The notes under the pieces are model-generated. The model did no database searches. It saw nothing but the letters and a program-made list of their open reading frames with translations, and was not told the origin of the DNA. Made by a program: the position numbers and the translations under genes. Below are positions 53,536-63,155 of a stretch of DNA of 64,000 bases, one piece after another; position 1 is the first letter of the stretch, and each line of letters starts with the position of its first letter. This DNA is from an uncultured Verrucomicrobiae bacterium (lineage in GTDB: Bacteria; Verrucomicrobiota; Verrucomicrobiia; Limisphaerales; Palsa-1400): contig CAVPOM010000004.1 of assembly GCA_963707025.1 (NCBI GenBank), positions 160,001 through 224,000 of the forward strand, in the 5' to 3' direction.

Positions 53536-53771
53536 GCGCCATTCCCCGAGGACGGGCGCACTCCGGTGGCATTCTTCCGCCTGACGCCGGTAGCAGTGTC
53601 AAGATTCACCCAGCGGCGCCGGGCGCCGCCGGGCGACCCTCCGCGTTGGCCGGATGGCCGGGTCTGCGCCAGAGATGGGCGGGCCTGGAAAGTGCAATGA
53701 GCTTGAAGTGGATGGGCAAAGGATGAAACATGGGTGCAGCCGTTTTTAACCTGCTGCGCTCCGTCGCTTTG

Positions 53772-55319
53772 ATGAAATTGATGCAAATGCCAATTCGTGT
53801 TTTGTGGGTGGTCGGGGCTTTTGTTCTGGCGGGGTGCGCGAGCCATCCGCCCGAAACCCGTGTTGTATTCCCAAAGGCTTCCATCAACGGACACCCGGCG
53901 CGGCTGGATTTGGACACCGGTGCGTCTTCCACCGTGCTGTTCGCGGCGCGGGCGGGGCGGCTGGGATTGAAATCCGCCGAAGTATCCGAGCCGGCGCCAG
54001 TGACGATCGCCGGTCAGACCTTGACGGCGCCGCTTCCCATGTTCCGCCTCCCGTGGTATTACCGCCTGGCTTTCATCACGATGAAAGGGCCTGCGCTGGA
54101 CGGGCTGGTGGGCTGGCCCGAAATCCGGGACAATATCCTGGTCTTCGACGCGGAGCGGCGCACGGTTCGCAGTGTGGAACAACTGCCGCCGGAAACGGCC
54201 GGATGGCTGAAACTGAAACTGGTGCCGAACCGGTGGTTGTTGCTGGAAATACCGTTGGCAGGCGGCAAAACGGGGACGTTGGAGGTGGATACCGGCTCTC
54301 CTTACGGCGTCGAAATGCCGCCAGGACAGTGGAAGGAATGGAGGACGGCCCATCCCAAGGCGGCGGTGGCTTCTTATTTGGGCGGCGTCCTTTCTTTTGG
54401 CATCCACTTTTGGCACATGGCCTGGGCGGACCAGATTCAACTGGGGCCTATCACCGTGGCCGATGTTGTTGTGGAAGACATGCCAGCCGACCAAGGCGCC
54501 TATCTCCAGAGCAACGCCTCCGGCGCCACAGCAGTCTGGTCCATTGGCGTGTACGCGCTGCGGCGGTTGGATTTGGTGGTGGATGGGAAGAACGGGTTTG
54601 CCTACGTCCACCCCAAAGCACCGCCCGGGCCGCCTTTTCCAGGGGTCAAACGTCCGGGCGCCCGGAATGGCCCGGCCAACGCTCCAGACACGGGCGGGAA
54701 TTGGACTGTGGCGGACGATGTGCGGTTGATCGGCGACGGTCTTTTCCTCCTCTCGGGCAAGAATAAAGCCAGCAAGGACGATTGGGCCGGCGCGCTGGCG
54801 GATTACAACCGCGCCCTGGAAATCAACCAGAAGAGCGCCGAGGCTTATTCCCGGCGCGGAGTGGCCAGGGAAGTCGAGGGCGACTTTGCTGGTGCCCTGT
54901 CTGACTTTGACAAGGTCATCGAATTGAATCCTGACGCTTCCGACTGGGAGCGTCTGTATCGCCAGACTTTGTTGCGGCGGCTGGGCCGGACGCCGGAAGA
55001 TTATGCCAGGATATTGGCCGGCTGCAAGGAAGGCTGGACCAAAACCCTCGGCCTGTTTCTGGTGGAGAAGCTGGACGAAAAGGCCTTGCTCGCGGCGGCG
55101 GCGAAGAGCGACGGCGAGACGGTGCCCGAGGAAAAAGCCCTGGCCTGTTATTATATCGGCATGATGCGTCTGAGCAAAGGCGACAAGGCGGCAACCCGGT
55201 ATTGGTTTCGCAAATGCCGGGCTGCCGGCATGCAGGGCGATGATGAATATCGGTGCGCAGGCGCGGAGTTGGGGCGGCTGGATGCGCGGAAAAGGCCGGG
55301 GCCAAAGGCCAAAGGCTAA
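53772..55319 (+). CDS. Lipoprotein with two retropepsin-like aspartyl protease motifs and a TPR/NlpI-like C-terminus
   Basis: LAGC lipobox; LDTGAS and VDTGS; ALADYNRALEIN TPR repeats. Confidence 0.75.
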   Translation: MKLMQMPIRVLWVVGAFVLAGCASHPPETRVVFPKASINGHPARLDLDTGASSTVLFAARAGRLGLKSAEVSEPAPVTIAGQTLTAPLPMFRLPWYYRLAFITMKGPALDGLVGWPEIRDNILVFDAERRTVRSVEQLPPETAGWLKLKLVPNRWLLLEIPLAGGKTGTLEVDTGSPYGVEMPPGQWKEWRTAHPKAAVASYLGGVLSFGIHFWHMAWADQIQLGPITVADVVVEDMPADQGAYLQSNASGATAVWSIGVYALRRLDLVVDGKNGFAYVHPKAPPGPPFPGVKRPGARNGPANAPDTGGNWTVADDVRLIGDGLFLLSGKNKASKDDWAGALADYNRALEINQKSAEAYSRRGVAREVEGDFAGALSDFDKVIELNPDASDWERLYRQTLLRRLGRTPEDYARILAGCKEGWTKTLGLFLVEKLDEKALLAAAAKSDGETVPEEKALACYYIGMMRLSKGDKAATRYWFRKCRAAGMQGDDEYRCAGAELGRLDARKRPGPKAKG

Positions 55320-57292
55320 TCGCTCTTGCGCAGCCGCAGCATGGCGGCGCCGTGGGCCGGAACGAACATCTCCACGCGCCCGTCGGCCCCTGGAAAATCC
55401 TTTCTCTGCCACAGGTCGCGCGCCTTGTAGCCGCCGGACAACCCCAACTCGGCCAAGTTTGCGCGCATCGTGGTGTCGTCGTCGGTTCTGTTGAACAAGG
55501 CGAGCGCCTTGGCCCCGCCGCTCAGGTCGCGCAACCAAATCTCCAGTCCGTCCCTGACGGACAGGCGTTTGGCTTGGATGGCTGCGGCGTCCTGGTCGAC
55601 CGCGAGCACTTCGTCGTTGGTCAGCAAGGCCAGTTCCCAGGGATCGGCGTCGGCGAAATTTCCGCCCAGCATCAAGGGGGAGGGGGCGATGCACCACAGC
55701 GTCATCATGGCCACCTGTTCGGATTTTGACAGTTTTGTCCGGCGGTCCGCTCCCACCGAGCGGCCGTTGATGGACAGGTGTCCGAAGGGCAGCATGTCCA
55801 GGTCCGGCCAATGACCCTCCGCGCCGTGGCCGGTCCATTTGGCGGCGATGGCAAAAGCGGCATCGAGCTGGTGCCAGTTGTCCCAGAGATCCCCGGTGGC
55901 GCGCCAGAGGTTGGCATTGGTGGAGACATGGGCGGCTTGGGTGACGGGCGTTTCACCGGGCGAAGTGCTGAACACGATGGGCCGGCCGCACTTGGCAATG
56001 GCCAGATGAATGGCACTGACCTCGGCGGCATGATAAGGGCTGGTCAGGTCGTCCACCTTGACAAAATCCACGCCCCAGGCGGCGTATTGGCGGAAGATGG
56101 AGTCGTACCAGGCCTGGCCCGCCGGGGTGTCGGCGCGCACTCCATACATGAACGGGCACCACGAACACCGGTCGCGGGTATTGCCCGCATCCTGCGCCGT
56201 GAAGCTGGAGCCTTCAATGGGCGTGTTGGCGGCAACCGCGCCCCGCGGAATGCCGCGCATGAGATGAATGCCAAACTTCAAATCCATGGCGTGAACCTCA
56301 TCCGCCAGCGGCTTGAATCCTTTCTCCCCCTCCGCCGAGGGAAACCGGTTCACCGCCGGCAACAAGCGCCCGTATGAATCCATGGGCAATTTAGCCCCCG
56401 CATGTTCGTTGGGCTGGTTGTTGTAGGCCGCCGGATCGTACCAACAATAATCCACCACCACGTATTGCCAGCCATGCGGCTTGAGCCGTTCCGCCACGGC
56501 CTTGGCGTTGGCGCGAAACTCGGCTTCCGTGACGCTGTCGCCATAGCCGTCGTAACTGTTCCAACCCATCGGCGGAGTGGCGGGTTGGCGGGCGGCGGTG
56601 ACGGTCGTGGCCGCTCCGTCCGCCGGCCCTTGCAGGGCAATGACCGGGTTGGTCATCGGACGTGTAAAGGTTTCCGGCTTGGCGCCCGTGACTTCAAAGA
56701 AAGCGTCCGCCCAATCCGCGTGATCGTAATCGAAACCGTCTCCGGCATCACCGACCCGGAGGGCGAGGGTCTTGGCGCCGCTGATATCCACGTCCACGGT
56801 TTTGCCTGGCTGGCCGCCGCTGAGCACACCGCTGCTCCAGATTTGCCTGCCGTCGGCGACGATTTGGAACTCGACCGAGCCGCGCGCGGCCGTTTCGTCA
56901 TCAACTCCAACCACCGCGTGGAACTGGGCGCTGCCGCCCTTGAGATCAATGAGCAACAACTCCACCGAGTGCGTGCCCAAACCGCGCTCAAATTTCTGGC
57001 CGCCAATGGCCAGCGGGTGATTCTCGACGGAACGGTCGGCGCGCGGCGTGCCCCATCCTTGACTGGCCTTGCTGATGTCCAGCGACGAAAGCCAGATTTT
57101 TTCGGCGCGGCCAGCCAGGCAAGCGGCCAGCAACAGGGCTGGAATAATCAGCTCCAGTGCCAGGCGGCGAGGCCGGGTTCTCAAATCAGCCGGCCCGGCC
57201 GTCGCGGCTGGGCGGAATGCAGAATGGAAAATGCCGGAGGCAGAAGTTAAAGCAGGCTGCCCGGCGGTCCCTCTGGCGCAATGGTTGTTCAT
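55316..57292 (-). CDS. GH27 alpha-galactosidase-like enzyme with an NPCBM domain
   Basis: FERGLGTH...DHADWADA (NPCBM); PPMGWNS, VVVDYCW, WGVDFVKVD and WPDLDML. Confidence 0.9.
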   Translation of the reverse strand: MNNHCARGTAGQPALTSASGIFHSAFRPAATAGPADLRTRPRRLALELIIPALLLAACLAGRAEKIWLSSLDISKASQGWGTPRADRSVENHPLAIGGQKFERGLGTHSVELLLIDLKGGSAQFHAVVGVDDETAARGSVEFQIVADGRQIWSSGVLSGGQPGKTVDVDISGAKTLALRVGDAGDGFDYDHADWADAFFEVTGAKPETFTRPMTNPVIALQGPADGAATTVTAARQPATPPMGWNSYDGYGDSVTEAEFRANAKAVAERLKPHGWQYVVVDYCWYDPAAYNNQPNEHAGAKLPMDSYGRLLPAVNRFPSAEGEKGFKPLADEVHAMDLKFGIHLMRGIPRGAVAANTPIEGSSFTAQDAGNTRDRCSWCPFMYGVRADTPAGQAWYDSIFRQYAAWGVDFVKVDDLTSPYHAAEVSAIHLAIAKCGRPIVFSTSPGETPVTQAAHVSTNANLWRATGDLWDNWHQLDAAFAIAAKWTGHGAEGHWPDLDMLPFGHLSINGRSVGADRRTKLSKSEQVAMMTLWCIAPSPLMLGGNFADADPWELALLTNDEVLAVDQDAAAIQAKRLSVRDGLEIWLRDLSGGAKALALFNRTDDDTTMRANLAELGLSGGYKARDLWQRKDFPGADGRVEMFVPAHGAAMLRLRKSD

Positions 57293-57450
57293 GGAGATTG
57301 CTGAGATCATCCACCAGAATCGGGCCTGAGCCAACCGAAAAATCAGCCGAACAGGACAGAGGGGAGGGACAAACCTGGAGGTAACGTGTCCGTCATCGGT
57401 TGGACGTGAACGACAGCCGACTGCCCGCCCTGCCACCCAGGACTGGCACA

Positions 57451-58479
57451 TTACTCCTGGAGCGCCCAACTCGGTTCGATTTCGGCGTCCAGGCCGGTGG
57501 GCGGGAGGCGGGCCAGGAATTTGCGCTCGGCCAGGATGGCGATCATGGCGGCGTTGTCGGTGGCGTATTTCTTTTCGGCCAGTCGCAACACTAATCCTTC
57601 GCTCTGGCAGGCCTGGGTCAGTTGCCGGCGCAAGGCGCTGTTGCAGGCCACGCCGCCGGAGACGGTGACGCACGGCGCCCCCAGGCGCAGGGCGGCCCGC
57701 ATTGTTTTGGCGACCAGAACGTCCACGATGGCCGCTTGCACGCTGGCGCAGAGGTCGCGCAGACGGGCGGGATCGTCCGGCCAGGCCGGGTTTTTTTCCA
57801 GAAAGTAGCGGACGGCCGTCTTTAAGCCGGAGAAGCTGAAATCATCGCCAGGCTCGTGCAACATGGGGCGGGGAAAGGCGTGGGCGCGCGGGTTGCCTTG
57901 TCCCGCCAGACGGTCCATCTCCGCGCCGGCCGGATAGGCCAAACCGATCATCTTCCCCACTTTGTCGAAGCATTCGCCGGCGGCGTCGTCCACGGTCGAG
58001 CCAAGAACACGATGCCGGAATTCGGCCTCGACCTGCACGAGCAAGGTGTGGCCGCCGCTGACGATCAGGGAGACGGAGGGCTGGAACTGGGCAAAACCAG
58101 CATGAAGCGGCCCGGCGGAAATCCAGGGCGAATAGAGGTGGGCTTCGTGGTGGTGGATGCCGAGGAAAGGCTTGCCGAGGCTGAAGGCGAGCGCCTGGGC
58201 GGCTTTCAAACCGATGAGCAGCGCCCCTGGCAAACCAGGGCCTTGAGTGGCGGCGACGGCATCCAGGTCCGCCGCGGTCAGGCGGGCCTCGCCCAAGGCC
58301 TGGCGGGCGACGGGGAGAAGATTGCGCAAATGTTCGCGGGTGGCCAGTTCTGGAACCACGCCGCCATAGGGGGCGTGCAGACCCGTCTGGCTGGCGACGA
58401 CGTTGGAGAGGACGCGGCCGCCGGAAACGACCGCCGCGCTGGTTTCATCGCACGAAGTCTCGAAAGCGAACAAGTTCAA
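57451..58479 (-). CDS. tsaD: tRNA N6-adenosine threonylcarbamoyltransferase
   Basis: Motifs ETSCDETS, GGVVPELA, HHEAH, VSGGHT, DDAAGECFDK and TDNAAMI. Confidence 0.95.
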   Translation of the reverse strand: MNLFAFETSCDETSAAVVSGGRVLSNVVASQTGLHAPYGGVVPELATREHLRNLLPVARQALGEARLTAADLDAVAATQGPGLPGALLIGLKAAQALAFSLGKPFLGIHHHEAHLYSPWISAGPLHAGFAQFQPSVSLIVSGGHTLLVQVEAEFRHRVLGSTVDDAAGECFDKVGKMIGLAYPAGAEMDRLAGQGNPRAHAFPRPMLHEPGDDFSFSGLKTAVRYFLEKNPAWPDDPARLRDLCASVQAAIVDVLVAKTMRAALRLGAPCVTVSGGVACNSALRRQLTQACQSEGLVLRLAEKKYATDNAAMIAILAERKFLARLPPTGLDAEIEPSWALQE

Positions 58480-58552
58480 AGCTCAGAGGGCGCGCCGGGC
58501 GGGGCGCCCGTTGCCATTTCCGCACCCGCGGGGGCCAGGCGGCGCCATGGGA

Positions 58553-59881
58553 TTATTTGGCCGCCTCAGCCACTTTGGCGGGGGTAAAGCGCTGGGCGTA
58601 GAGGAGCACCCCTTTGAGCAGGTCAGCCGCCCGTTCCAATTGGAGATCATGTGTATTCTTGACTCGTTCGCGGTCCTTCTCATCGAGCAGTTCCACGGCG
58701 CCGGAGGTGTGTGCGACGTGCAAATCCTCTTCCTCCTGCGGGGTCAGCGGCACCAGAATGTCCGGGGTGATGCCGTGCTCGTGGATGACTTTGTGGCTGG
58801 GGGTGTAGTATTTGGCGGTGGTCAGCTTCAAGGCCGAGCCGTCGCCCAGGGGCAGGATGCTTTGCACGGAACCTTTGCCGAAAGTCTGCTCGCCAACGAC
58901 GATGGCGTGGGTAAAAGTTTCCTGGTAATCCTGGAGGCAGCCGGTGACGATTTCGGCGGCGCTGGCGCTGCCCGAGTTGACCAGGATGACCATGGGCAGA
59001 TTAACGCGCTGGCCGCGGGTGTGGGCGCGGTACTCGTAATAGTGGTTCGGGCCGCGGCCTTCGGTGGAGACAATTTTCTGGCCGTAGGGCAGGAATTGTT
59101 CGCAGACATGTTCGGCCTGGTCGAGCAGTCCGCCGGGGTTGTCGCGCAGATCCAGGATCAGGGCCTTCATCCCTTTGTCGGTCAGCTTGGCCAGGGCGGC
59201 GCGCAAATCGTCGGACGTTTTCTCGCCGAACTGGTTGATGCGCACGTAGCCGATGCTGTTTTCGCCCAGCGGAAATTCCTGTTTGTTGTTCATGTCCTGC
59301 ACGGTGGGCACCTTGACGATGGCCCGCACCAGATCGAATCTCTTGGTTTCACCGCTGGAAGGGCGATGGATGGTGATGGAGACCTTGGTGCCCGGAGGGC
59401 CGCGCAAGACCCCAACGGCGTCTTCCAAACCCATCTTCTCGGTGCTGCGGTCGTTGATTTTGATGATTTGGTCCCACGGCAGAATGCCGGCGCGATAGCC
59501 GGGCGAGTCGTCCATGGGCGTGATGACCGTCAACAATTTGTCCCGGCCCACTTCGACCATGATGCCGATGCCGCCAAACTCGCCCTCGGTGTCGTTTTTC
59601 AGGTCCTCAAAGCGGCGCGCGTCCATGTATTCGCTGTGGGGATCCAGCGAGCCGAGCATGCCCTTGAGGGCGGCGCGCACCAGGTCCTGATAGTTGATTT
59701 TGTCGCCGTCCACGTATTCCGTGCGCACTTTCTCCATGACATCGGCCAGCAGTTTGTAGTTTTCGTAGGGGTTGTCGCTGGCGGGGGCGGCCTGGGCGGA
59801 ATAGAAATAAATGCGCGCGCCGATGAGGAGGTTGGTGGCCAGCAGGGCGAGGAGGCAGGAGTAGAACACACGGCGTTTCAT
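58553..59881 (-). CDS. ctpA: S41 carboxyl-terminal processing protease
   Basis: Motifs LDPHS, PDZ domain, LDLRDNPGG, SASAAEIV and TFGKGSVQ. Confidence 0.92.
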   Translation of the reverse strand: MKRRVFYSCLLALLATNLLIGARIYFYSAQAAPASDNPYENYKLLADVMEKVRTEYVDGDKINYQDLVRAALKGMLGSLDPHSEYMDARRFEDLKNDTEGEFGGIGIMVEVGRDKLLTVITPMDDSPGYRAGILPWDQIIKINDRSTEKMGLEDAVGVLRGPPGTKVSITIHRPSSGETKRFDLVRAIVKVPTVQDMNNKQEFPLGENSIGYVRINQFGEKTSDDLRAALAKLTDKGMKALILDLRDNPGGLLDQAEHVCEQFLPYGQKIVSTEGRGPNHYYEYRAHTRGQRVNLPMVILVNSGSASAAEIVTGCLQDYQETFTHAIVVGEQTFGKGSVQSILPLGDGSALKLTTAKYYTPSHKVIHEHGITPDILVPLTPQEEEDLHVAHTSGAVELLDEKDRERVKNTHDLQLERAADLLKGVLLYAQRFTPAKVAEAAK

Positions 59882-60101
59882 AAGCATTTAATAATGGATC
59901 ACAATATATAACAAGCAGCCTACCATACCTTCTCAACGGGAGATTAGCAAGGCGGCTTGGCGACTTTTACCCCGGTTTTCAGCAACCGGCTGGAAGCGAC
60001 GGGGTGAACCCGCCGTGGCTCCGCCAGATTGCGCCGCGGCGGGAAGGCCGGTTTTGGAATTAGGAATGGGCATTTCCCGGGTCCAGTGGTATTGCTGGGG
60101 C

Positions 60102-60803
60102 GTGACTTCCGCCATAATCGTTGCCGCGGGAAAAAGCACCCGGATGGGAGGGCAGACGGACAAATTGTTTTTGCCGGTGGCGGGACGGCCCCTGGTGGCG
60201 CATACCTGGCAGCGCTTTGATTGCGCCGCCTGCATCGCGGAGATTGTTTTGGTGGTGCGCGAGGGCCGGCAGGAGGCGTTTGCCCAGTTGGCCGCCACCA
60301 GCAGGTTTCAGAAACCTTTCCGCCTGGTGGCCGGCGGCCCGGAGCGGCAGGACTCGGTCTGGAACGGATTGGAGAATCTGGCGCCGCAGACGGAGATTGT
60401 CGCCATTCAGGACGCGGCCCGGCCTTGCACGAGCGAGGCGCTGATTGAGGAGACGATTGCAGCCGCCCGCCAGCACGGCGCGGCGGCGGCCGCCCAGCCG
60501 GTGTCCGACACGATAAAGCACTCCGATGACGGACGTTTCATCACGCGGCATTTGGATCGCGCGCAGCTCTGGGCGGTGCAAACTCCGCAGACCTTTCGCG
60601 TGGAGGTGATTCGACGGGCGCTGGCTCAAGTGCGGGAGAACAAATTGCTGGTGACGGACGACACGGCGGCCTGCGGCTTGATCGGCCAGGCGGTGCAACT
60701 GGTCTGCCGGGCCGAGCCTAATCCGAAAATCACACGGCCCGAAGATGTGCCCTATGTGGAGATGTTGCTGAGGAATCTAAAGGCAGGATCGCGGAAGGCG
60801 TGA
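60102..60803 (+). CDS. ispD: 2-C-methyl-D-erythritol 4-phosphate cytidylyltransferase
   Basis: Motifs AAGKSTRMG, GGPERQDSV, QDAARP, QTPQ and NPKITRPED. Confidence 0.93.
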   Translation: MTSAIIVAAGKSTRMGGQTDKLFLPVAGRPLVAHTWQRFDCAACIAEIVLVVREGRQEAFAQLAATSRFQKPFRLVAGGPERQDSVWNGLENLAPQTEIVAIQDAARPCTSEALIEETIAAARQHGAAAAAQPVSDTIKHSDDGRFITRHLDRAQLWAVQTPQTFRVEVIRRALAQVRENKLLVTDDTAACGLIGQAVQLVCRAEPNPKITRPEDVPYVEMLLRNLKAGSRKA

Positions 60804-60814
60804 GGGAATACAAT

Positions 60815-61930
60815 TCATCGGTCCGATTTAGTCGGATCGGACGGATTGGTCGAATTGGTCGGATCGGACGGATCGGACGGATGAGAGGCAAGCGGCGCCG
60901 GGGCGGGCACTTGGGGGGCGGCAGTCACGGGTGAATGGTGGTCGCGGCCGGCGGCCAGGCGCCCGGCCAGGCGCAGGGCGGCGCGCATGCTGGAAGGGTC
61001 GGCTTTGCCCTGGCCGGCGATGTCGTAGGCGGTGCCGTGATCGGGCGAGGTGCGGATGAAGGGCAGGCCCAGCGTCCAGTTGACGCCGCTGGCAAAGGCC
61101 ACCATTTTCAGGGGAACCAAACCCTGGTCATGATACATGGCGACAACGACGTCGTAATCGCCGCGATAGGCGTGGTAAAACAAGGTGTCGGCGGAGAGAG
61201 GGCCGGCGACCTCCAGGCCGCCTTGCCGGGCGGCCTCCACGGCCGGCTTGATGATGGTGATTTCTTCGTCCCCCAATTTGCCGCCTTCCCCGGCGTGCGG
61301 GTTGAGGCCGCAAACGGCGATGCGGCAGCGCGGCAGGTCCAGATCGCGGCAAGCCTGGGCGGCGAGCGCGATGGCCTTTTCCACCGAGGCGCTCTGCAAT
61401 TGTGCGGCGACCAGTTTGAGGGGAAGATGAGTGGTGGCCAGCACCACGCGCAACCAGCGTTGGCGCTCGTCCTGCCCCAGCAACATCATGGCGGTCGGTG
61501 GCGCGCCGGCCAGTTGGGAAAGAAACTCCGTCTGGCCGATGAAGGCCTGGCCGGTGCGCAAAATGGATTCTTTGCTCAGCGGCGCGGTGACCAGCGCGTC
61601 CATTTCCTGGCGCAAACAGCGGTAGGCTCCATCGGTCAGGCAGGCCAGGGCGGCGCGGGCGGCGGAGGGGGAACCGGGCGGCAGAGCGGCGGCCAGCGGC
61701 TCGGGCAGCGGGTTGTGCAGATAAAAGCGCCCGCCGGCGGCGGGGCCGGGGAATCGCGCCAGGGGCAGGTTCAGGCCCAGCGCCTGGTTGAGCCGCCGCG
61801 TGGAGGCCTCGTCGCCGATCAGGAGATAGCGGAAATTGTCCGGCGGCGCTTGCGCGGCCAGGGCCTTGAGCGTGACTTCAGGGCCGATGCCGGTGGCATC
61901 ACCCAGTGAAACAGCAATCCAACCGGTCAT
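60815..61930 (-). CDS. pdxA: 4-hydroxythreonine-4-phosphate dehydrogenase
   Basis: Motifs GDATGIGPE, GLNPHAGE, MYHDQGL and RTSPDHGTAYDIAG. Confidence 0.93.
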   Translation of the reverse strand: MTGWIAVSLGDATGIGPEVTLKALAAQAPPDNFRYLLIGDEASTRRLNQALGLNLPLARFPGPAAGGRFYLHNPLPEPLAAALPPGSPSAARAALACLTDGAYRCLRQEMDALVTAPLSKESILRTGQAFIGQTEFLSQLAGAPPTAMMLLGQDERQRWLRVVLATTHLPLKLVAAQLQSASVEKAIALAAQACRDLDLPRCRIAVCGLNPHAGEGGKLGDEEITIIKPAVEAARQGGLEVAGPLSADTLFYHAYRGDYDVVVAMYHDQGLVPLKMVAFASGVNWTLGLPFIRTSPDHGTAYDIAGQGKADPSSMRAALRLAGRLAAGRDHHSPVTAAPQVPAPAPLASHPSDPSDPTNSTNPSDPTKSDR

Positions 61931-62060
61931 TTGGCTAAGAGCTAATTGCCTGATGTTTGCCAGGGCGGGACTCTGCCGGGCCGCGGCTTATTCCCGGGAA
62001 ATCGAGTTGCGGCCCGACCGAATTTCGACCGGCCGGGTTAGCGGGAGCCGGGACAACTCC

Positions 62061-63048
62061 CTAGAAATTCTCGACGTGCGATTTGGCTTCCAGACGCTTG
62101 ATCCACTGGTCCAGCAGAAGGTTGCCTCTCTGGACTTGCAGCATCCGTTCAATGGCGCCTTCCACTTCGGACAAGGGACTGACATGGTGCGGACGGACCT
62201 CATCCACCATGAACAGATAACAATCGGTTGCCTTGGTCCGTTCGTCCGGCAGTTCCACCACCGGACCGCGCTTGCCCGCCGGGAGGGAAAAGGCGACATC
62301 CCGGAGCGGGGCGATCAGTTCCTTGCGCTCGACCCACCTCCCCCAGTCGCCCCCGGCCGCGCGATACTCGTCGGAGGAATAAACGGCGGCCATTTCGGCG
62401 AAGGGTGTGCCGCTGTCAATTTTGCGAAGGACTTCGGCGGCCAATTCCCTGGCGGCGCCGGGAGGGCTGTCCGCCGGCAGGGCGATGAGAATGGTCCGCA
62501 GCTTGACCTGGTCGTCCACTTTAAAATCGTCCAGGTGATCGTTGTAGGTACTTTTCAATCGCGGCCGGGGAGATGATGAATTTGCCGGTGCTATGCAGGT
62601 GGGAGAGCGCCTCCACGATGACGCTCTCGCGCATTTGCTTGCGGTACTCTTCCTTGGTTCGGCCTTCGGCCTGCAAGGTCAGCGTCAACTTGGTCTGGCT
62701 CCCGCCGTAGGTTTCTTTGAGATCTTGCTTGAGGGCCGCATTTAACGCGTCATCCAGCCAGTTGGTGGAGTACTCGCCTTTGGCGAAGTCGTCCAGGATC
62801 AACTTGCTCCGCTGCAACGACTCCAGTTGGTCCTGGCGCAACTTGGTCACCTTGGCCATAAAGGTGGTCGGGTCGTCGCGATAGACACTGGCCAGTTTTG
62901 CCACGTACATCGCGATGGGATCCTCCACCTGGAGCTTGGTGATGACCGAATTGTTCACGACGGCGACGATGCCGTCCAAGGTGTCCGCAGAAGCGGCGGT
63001 GGCGGCGGCGAAGAACGCGCCGGCCGCAAAAAGACAAAAGCATTTCAT
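62061..63048 (-). CDS. SurA/PpiC-type peptidyl-prolyl isomerase; frameshift near 62550
   Basis: DGIVAVVNNSVIT (SurA N-domain); FAEMAAVYS...GGDWG (parvulin); upstream of pdxA. Confidence 0.85.
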
Positions 63049-63155
63049 AACTTTCCTCAACGGGTCGCGAGTTTAGGCCAGGAGGCCGGGAAGTTCAAGC
63101 GCAATTGCGCATTGCCGGGCGCGGCAAAAGGTCTAAAATGGGGCTTTGCAAAATT

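Larger units (their letters stand above)
51642..53544. mobile_element. IS4-family insertion sequence with 18-bp terminal inverted repeats and a 12-bp target-site duplication
   Basis: GAATGGCGCTTAAATAAG (51642-51659) and CTTATTTAAGCGCCATTC (53527-53544). CCCGAGGACGGG is duplicated at 51630-51641 and 53545-53556; the boundary is ambiguous by 1-2 nt. Confidence 0.93.
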
